Shown one piece after another: positions 59,501 to 64,000 of a stretch of 64,000 bases of DNA. The notes below the pieces were generated by a model that saw nothing but the letters and a program-made list of their open reading frames with translations, was not told the origin of the DNA and did no database searches. The stretch lies in IMG/VR virus record IMGVR_UViG_3300028734_000016; one strand, 5' to 3'. The position numbers were made by a program, and so were the translations under genes. The stretch comes from a virus (Duplodnaviria; Heunggongvirae; Uroviricota; Caudoviricetes). The first letter of the stretch is position 1. The number at the start of each line of letters is the position of its first letter.

Positions 59501-60273
59501 TCATAATCTGATGATTCATCAATATAAAGATTTATGAAAGTGTGTTCATTGTCAATATCATATTCAGTGACATCAAAATCTGATGGTGATTTTATATCCC
59601 ATAATAAAAAACCATGATTTTCAATTGTTTCACCATATGATTGTTGTATAGTTGAGCCACAATATGCAGCAGATTTATCATTTCTTAAATACTGACGCTT
59701 GTGGATATCACCTATTAGCACAAAATCATTATTATTAAAATAATTCATATTTTTGTACTTGTTTGCATCATTAAAAACTTTACCAGTATTTGATGTTACA
59801 TTTAAAACTGGGTCATGAAATAACCCAATATATATTTTACCATCATATTTTTTAATATTTTTCCATGGATCGTTGTCTTTATCTGAGTGTTCATAAACAA
59901 CCCAAACAAAATTGTTATCTTGCTTATCATCATAAAATCCAGTTTTATCATAATAAGTAACATTTGGATTATTCATTAGTTTAACTACAGTTTCTATGCT
60001 GTCGATTCTATTTAAATTTTTCTTACGAATATCATGATTACCACGAACTATTATAACTTTAGCAATTTTTGATAATTCATTTAAGAAATTTCCAGCTATA
60101 ATTTCAGCTTCATTTGAAATTTCAATATAACTTTCAAATAAATCACCAACAATAACAATTCTATCTGGTGTAATTTTGCGTAATTTTTTTATTATTTTTT
60201 GAAAAATATCATTATATTCTTCATGTCTTTCAAGGTTTCTAATGTGAACATCAGCTAAGTGAGCAATTTTCAT
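56518..60273 (-). CDS. fused SbcD/Mre11-type nuclease + SbcC/Rad50-type ATPase, single 1251-aa polypeptide
   Basis: N-terminal phosphoesterase motifs HLADVH, VGDLF, RGNHD, IGDIHKRQ; Walker A GENQEGKTT; long coiled coil with CPSCGR zinc hook; C-terminal SSGKERTF...IVLDEIMGKLID and VHSINF. Confidence 0.85.
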   Translation of the reverse strand: MKIAHLADVHIRNLERHEEYNDIFQKIIKKLRKITPDRIVIVGDLFESYIEISNEAEIIAGNFLNELSKIAKVIIVRGNHDIRKKNLNRIDSIETVVKLMNNPNVTYYDKTGFYDDKQDNNFVWVVYEHSDKDNDPWKNIKKYDGKIYIGLFHDPVLNVTSNTGKVFNDANKYKNMNYFNNNDFVLIGDIHKRQYLRNDKSAAYCGSTIQQSYGETIENHGFLLWDIKSPSDFDVTEYDIDNEHTFINLYIDESSDYDNLNLSADKIGTDTEIKVHWKEYSSIINTVNEKKIRDYIKNKFSTTKVIFEKVYLYTDILSSKMLSESIDLTDTETQKEIFNEYLEEQKYKKDDIESILKIDDIINSRVQLVECLKNTEWSIDKFWFSNFKSYGDDNVIDWADINGIVQIHGENQEGKTTILDALTYILYGKTTTTLSPEKFGDSRYINNKRDLDYVNGGAIINSNGNKFVIQRKTERVWNKNHTALTSCPTSLDFYKSENICEENKLTDEIKAKTQKELDSILGDLKDFIRLSFTNADNLNDLLSENRSVFMDNIIRDAGYDIFEIKLNEFKEYKKELVEEKLIVNIQDSESRVKELNTEIIDIKDIIDTNNSDIEKHEKELSDYNTDRDNLNKKLNNIDLSMLTFNEDLNLNTINNYESKIEESKIQSTILDRDIDKLPTEFDSSKLDEYKIKLKQTNLKISERKDEISNLKTSLLESDNKIDKVNIKIDELKQSEIRKISSKINANDLQIEVIKNNKSNIIKDEIKKITSEIQELELNLKELSSNIKLLQKDGVNAKNSNEELDKEIETFKNSKSCPSCGRDYDKNDPKYSEHLAHLEDKIKSLEIKKEPNSLIIKDCILKYKDLKNESIECNTNILNLEDMKKRLIQGEYPDDILSKLKEIGSSKKLTQDNLDLNKLIEKIENNIFDESETLNENIEKGKELIKNIEKGKLDTSIVIKNIESELKNFNVEGIDDDISIEETKKDNFELRNRKMSNRDNIILSIENFNFKIKELKLEIEKYQEYKVKIDENKIIQLSIDDVDNNIKVVKEQIKNLSQINIEMEKNIILKENDIFIISTKIKKYLKQKKKDELLKEYQKCISRDGLPTFLLKKSIHLINKELNELLINVNFTLFFDDNLNLRLSADDRLDSSQNAIESSGKERTFCALALKIALRQINVKSKSTFIVLDEIMGKLIDGKKTKSVQQFLEFIDELKNKVNKIVIIEQVHSINFDASIEVDKDEELVSHLELVY

Positions 60274-60442
60274 ATATTTATCTAATATTATTTTATTTTA
60301 TTTTTAAGTTTATATTTTTACAAATATAATGAATTTATTTCATAAATCAAAATATTTATAGTTTAACTTTATTTTATATGATCAAAAACATTAATTGTTT
60401 TATAATATATAATAAATTATTAAAAAATAAACAATAAAAACT

Positions 60443-61621
60443 ATGAAATGGACATTAGAAATATGTCAAAAAGCAGCATTAAAATATGAATATAGAAGTG
60501 ATTTTAAAAAATTAGATAATTTAGCATATAATGCTTGTGTAAAAAATAAATATTTAAATATTGTTTGTTCACATATGAAATATAAAATTAATACTCCAGG
60601 ACATTGGACACACAATAAATGTCAAGAAGCAGCATTAAATTATAATTCTATATCAGATTTTCAAAAAAATGAAGCAACTGCATATAATAAGTCATTAAAA
60701 AATAATTGGCTAAATAGTATTTGTTCTCATATGAATTTAAGTCATAAACCTAATAATTACTGGACAATAGAAAAATGTCAAGAAGTAGCATTAAAATATT
60801 TAACCAGAACTGATTTTAGAAAAAATGATGCTAGTGCATATAGAATATCTATTTCAAAAAAATGGATAGAAAAAATTTGTAATCATATGACTTATGTTAA
60901 TAATTATTGGAATTATGATAAATGCAAAGAAGAAGCATTAAAGTGTAATAGTAGAAATGATTTTCAAAAAAAATATAGAGGTGCTTATAATTTTTCAAAT
61001 GTAAATAATATATCTAATGATATCTGTTCACATATGATAAAAATTGGTAGTAAAGAATTTAGATGTATTTATGCTTTTGAATTTGATGATAATTGTGCAT
61101 ATATTGGATTGACATATAATATAAAAATTAGAGAGCAGGAGCATATTAAAAAAGGTCCAATTTACAAACATTTACAAAAAGCAAGCAATAAATATAAATT
61201 GATACAATTAACTGACTATATTAATAAATCAGAAGCACAGAAATTGGAAGAATATTATATGAATGAATACAAAAATAATAATTGGAAATTATTAAATACT
61301 AACAAAAAAAGTACATTAGGAGGATCTGCTAAATTTTGGACATATGAAAAATGTAAATACGAGGCATCAAAATATATTTATAAAGATGATTTTCTAAAAA
61401 ACAATAGTAGTGCAGCAGCATCTGCAATTAAAAATGAATGGTATAAAGATATATGCTCTCATATGATAGCAAAAAAAAGAAAAAATTCATGGCCAGAAGA
61501 TGATATTATTTTTTTAATTGAAAATTATCATATAGGAATAAAATGTTGTGCTAAAAAATTAAATAGGTCTTATTATTCTGTTAAATCTCAATATCAAGTA
61601 TTAAAAAACAAATTCAAATAA
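60443..61621 (+). CDS. GIY-YIG endonuclease with 5 tandem ~48-aa W-T-x-EKCQEAALKY...ICSHM repeats
   Basis: GIY-YIG core IYAFEFDDNCAYIGLTYNIKIREQEH; repeats read from the translation (4 before, 1 after the catalytic core). Confidence 0.75.
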   Translation: MKWTLEICQKAALKYEYRSDFKKLDNLAYNACVKNKYLNIVCSHMKYKINTPGHWTHNKCQEAALNYNSISDFQKNEATAYNKSLKNNWLNSICSHMNLSHKPNNYWTIEKCQEVALKYLTRTDFRKNDASAYRISISKKWIEKICNHMTYVNNYWNYDKCKEEALKCNSRNDFQKKYRGAYNFSNVNNISNDICSHMIKIGSKEFRCIYAFEFDDNCAYIGLTYNIKIREQEHIKKGPIYKHLQKASNKYKLIQLTDYINKSEAQKLEEYYMNEYKNNNWKLLNTNKKSTLGGSAKFWTYEKCKYEASKYIYKDDFLKNNSSAAASAIKNEWYKDICSHMIAKKRKNSWPEDDIIFLIENYHIGIKCCAKKLNRSYYSVKSQYQVLKNKFK

Positions 61622-61635
61622 TTATATATATCAGC

Positions 61636-62055
61636 ATGATAACAGAATTCAAATTATTCGAGAACTCAGATGATAAAGTCACATTGGTATTGGATGATAT
61701 TGTAGATTACTTTGATAGTCATGAAGATTCAATACGAAATTTCATTTTCAAATTATTTAATTTCAACAATAACATTGTTGAATTTAATTGTAATAAATGT
61801 ACAGATGATATAAATGGTGTTACAAATTTTATACATTCAAATAAACATCATAAAGGAATTATAAACGGTAGAAGTTATGGATTTAATTATGATCTTAAAC
61901 ATATATACTTAACATTGAGATTGAAAAGAATAAAATTTAGTCATATAGTAGACACAAATTCTCAGATGACAATTTATGGAAATATTCCTGGTGATATAAA
62001 AAAAATAATAAATGATATTAATATAAAAAGACAAGCAAATAAATTTAACATATGA
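61636..62055 (+). CDS. MIxEFKLFEN...CNKC...NKFNI family protein
   Basis: paralog of 62470-62907. Confidence 0.6.
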   Translation: MITEFKLFENSDDKVTLVLDDIVDYFDSHEDSIRNFIFKLFNFNNNIVEFNCNKCTDDINGVTNFIHSNKHHKGIINGRSYGFNYDLKHIYLTLRLKRIKFSHIVDTNSQMTIYGNIPGDIKKIINDINIKRQANKFNI

Positions 62056-62468
62056 TACTAACTACTTCAGCAATTTTAAACATTTTAATAATACTTTTTT
62101 TATTATTAATATCTGGTATATCTAAATCTATAACTGATATATCATCTTCTCCTAATTTATTTTACAAGTCAAGATTATATTTAAAATATAAATTAAATCC
62201 AAAATTTTGGGAACAAGGATTGGGGTCTCTCAATAAATATAAAAATGCCAATCCATTAAATGGAGAAAAATTCATAGGAAGTACTACTATTTTTGTTGTG
62301 TTTACTGATGCATGGCATTTATTTTGGTTTATATCTGAAATAACTATGATTCTTGCATCTGTTATAATCACATTGAATACATCTATTTGGTTTGTTATGT
62401 TGGCATTTTCAATTAAACTGATATTTTTTGAAATTGTTTTTAATTATTTAAGGAAAAAAATTAATTAA
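62052..62468 (+). CDS. multi-pass membrane protein
   Basis: 138 aa, 3-4 hydrophobic segments; ATATGA overlap. Confidence 0.5.
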   Translation: MILTTSAILNILIILFLLLISGISKSITDISSSPNLFYKSRLYLKYKLNPKFWEQGLGSLNKYKNANPLNGEKFIGSTTIFVVFTDAWHLFWFISEITMILASVIITLNTSIWFVMLAFSIKLIFFEIVFNYLRKKIN

Positions 62469-62469
62469 T

Positions 62470-62907
62470 ATGATTATAAATTTCAAAATATTTGAAAATA
62501 CAGAAACCGAAACAACATTCATACTAAATGATTTGTTAAATTACTATTCTGGTAGTTACACGAAAATTAAAAAATTTCTTAGTAATTTGTTGATAGTTGA
62601 TACATTAGTTGAATTTAATTGTAAGAATTGTTATGATAAAGAAAAAAATATTTTTATAGATGTACCTCAAATAGTTAAAGGTAGAATCAACACCATAACA
62701 GAGTGTACGACTGGATATCAAGGCACTTTACAACACAAGAAAAGAATATTTGTTCTATTATCATTAATATTAACTACAAATGATAATTATATTTACCATG
62801 TTGACAATAAATCATCATTTACTATTTATGGTAATATTACAGAAAAACAGAAAAAAGTAATCAATGAAATGAATTTAACAAGAATCTCAAATAAATTCAA
62901 CTTATAA
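62470..62907 (+). CDS. MIINFKIFEN...CKNC...NKFNL family protein
   Basis: paralog of 61636-62055. Confidence 0.6.
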   Translation: MIINFKIFENTETETTFILNDLLNYYSGSYTKIKKFLSNLLIVDTLVEFNCKNCYDKEKNIFIDVPQIVKGRINTITECTTGYQGTLQHKKRIFVLLSLILTTNDNYIYHVDNKSSFTIYGNITEKQKKVINEMNLTRISNKFNL

Positions 62908-62952
62908 TAATATAAAAGATGATAATTATTAGTAAAGGTTATATTTTTTTTG

Positions 62953-62960
62953 TATCTTTG
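62953..62960 (+). promoter_or_regulatory. plus-strand TATCTTTG box ~30 nt upstream of the ATG at 62990
   Basis: TTTTTTGTATCTTTGCG. Confidence 0.45.
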
Positions 62961-62989
62961 CGAAATATAATTATAAATAAAAATAATAT

Positions 62990-63421
62990 ATGAACTCAAA
63001 AATAAATTCCTCTATAAAAATTAGTTCTGATACTGAAAAATTTCTAAATAATTATGAAGAAATATATAAAAAGAAATATGAAGAAAATATAACTGATAGT
63101 TTCACATATAGAGGTATACCATATTCTTGTTATGATGAATTCGCACTATTAATATTTATGTATAAATATCCATATATTTGGAAAACAGATAATAAAAAAA
63201 CAAATAAAAAAATACAAAGAGAAGTAAAAAAATATACATTAGATTCTGTGATAACGAAAATAGAAGAAACACCAAAATTATATTATGAAATAGAAGAATA
63301 TACAAATAAAACATCACTGGTTTGGAAAAGTTCATATTTCATTTTTTCATACTATTTATTTTTAAATGCTGTAAATTATACTCCATCATGGATAATATCA
63401 ACAAGAAAATTTAATATATAA
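62990..63421 (+). CDS. hypothetical protein (...RKFNI tail)
   Basis: 143-aa ORF. Confidence 0.5.
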   Translation: MNSKINSSIKISSDTEKFLNNYEEIYKKKYEENITDSFTYRGIPYSCYDEFALLIFMYKYPYIWKTDNKKTNKKIQREVKKYTLDSVITKIEETPKLYYEIEEYTNKTSLVWKSSYFIFSYYLFLNAVNYTPSWIISTRKFNI

Positions 63422-63530
63422 TTATGATAATTGAAAAATTTAATATATTTAAAAGAAAAAAGAAAATATATAATTATGATAATTGAAAAATTTAATATAT
63501 TTAAAAGAAAAAAAGAAAAAGAAAAATATT
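63421..63530 (+). repeat. tandem direct duplication (~52 nt x2) of a gene start AATTATGATAATTGAAAAATTTAATATATTTAAAAGAAAAAAG
   Basis: two copies read directly; first copy gives a 20-codon truncated ORF. Confidence 0.8.
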
Positions 63531-63820
63531 TCTTAGTTTTATTCAAACCAGATGAAGGAGATTATTTTATATTATATAAAATAATTCTTGGAATTGAAGA
63601 ATTTGTTCTTACTGACAAAATTGATTCAAGTAATATAGATATCCTTAAAAAGAAAAATACCAACATTGAAAGTTTTACTACAATTGAATTAGCCAACGAT
63701 AGATTAGATATTGTAATACACAAATACAATGATCACCAATGGGCTAATAGAAATAATTGGATGATAAAAACTTTTGATGAGTTGAATTTTTTATTCACTA
63801 CAAATAAATTTAATATATAA
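63476..63820 (+). CDS. MIIEKFNIFK...NKFNI family protein (start placed at the ATG of the second repeat copy)
   Basis: tracked ORF 63431-63820 begins at a non-ATG codon inside the duplicated leader. Confidence 0.55.
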   Translation: MIIEKFNIFKRKKEKEKYFLVLFKPDEGDYFILYKIILGIEEFVLTDKIDSSNIDILKKKNTNIESFTTIELANDRLDIVIHKYNDHQWANRNNWMIKTFDELNFLFTTNKFNI

Positions 63821-63840
63821 AAAAAAAACATAAATAATAA

Positions 63841-64000
63841 TGAAAAAATTAGTAGATTTTGGCGAATATGTAAAAGAAAAAATTGAATTTCCTCAGGGTG
63901 GTGATATTGGTGGTAATCACAAAAAAAAGATTTCTGATGAAGAATTTGAAAAAAATCCAAGCGTAAAAGGAATAACATCAAACGCTTATACTGTGGAAAG
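63841..64000 (+). CDS. 5' part of a gene running off the right edge (MKKLVDFGEYVKEK...)
   Basis: ATG at 63841, open to the window end. Confidence 0.4.

Noticed and set aside
1-64000. Assignment to Mimiviridae-like giant viruses (collagen-like repeats, NAD ligase, tRNA-Leu(TAA), ankyrin, AT-richness)
   Set aside because: Prokaryote-type features fit that assignment less well: a family-supported TTG start, a lipoprotein signal peptide, ClpS/ClpC/ClpP, NusG, S1, hairpin+T-run terminators and a Bacteroidota -7-like box. This remains a hypothesis, not excluded.
1-64000. Stop-codon reassignment (TAG read as sense, as in some megaphages)
   Set aside because: TAG terminates 6431-6976 and 42222-43025, and the long conserved genes (ligase, Clp ATPase, SbcCD) are uninterrupted under the standard code.

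Overview
This 64-kb window is very AT-rich (about a quarter G+C by eye) and gene-dense, with about 110 mostly short ORFs on both strands and many overlapping stop/start junctions (ATGA, ATATGA). Standard stop codons are used; TAG terminates 6431..6976 and the long genes are uninterrupted. The content reads like a large virus, jumbo phage or other accessory mobile genome rather than a cellular chromosome. Housekeeping-type genes are scattered out of bacterial synteny among hypotheticals: a ClpS–ClpA/C cluster plus ClpP, peptide deformylase, a ribosomal-S1-like protein, a NusG-like protein, NAD-dependent DNA ligase, thymidine kinase, a HAD nucleotidase, Sir2, an N6-adenine methyltransferase and a fused SbcD–SbcC nuclease/ATPase. 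Mobile-element hallmarks are also present: a LAGLIDADG endonuclease wedged in a cluster of four leucine-type tRNAs, a GIY-YIG endonuclease, collagen-like and Ig-like repeat (fibre/adhesin-type) proteins, and two tandem arrays of hypervariable small paralogs with conserved junctions. Several expression signals look prokaryotic, specifically Bacteroidota-like. There is a family-supported TTG start, a lipoprotein signal peptide, hairpin+T-run terminators, no Shine-Dalgarno sequences, and a recurring TAtcTTTGta box 30–55 nt upstream of start codons. A giant eukaryotic virus (Mimiviridae-like: collagen repeats, NAD ligase, ankyrin, tRNA-Leu) was considered, but these signals fit it less well. Most interesting are two families of small proteins that share conserved termini with otherwise variable cores (…KFNI* on the plus strand, …RKEKLxKLNEI* on the minus strand), a virus-encoded ClpS/ClpC/ClpP set, a deformylase whose catalytic Glu is replaced by Gln, and a structured non-coding element at 35.03–35.16 kb.
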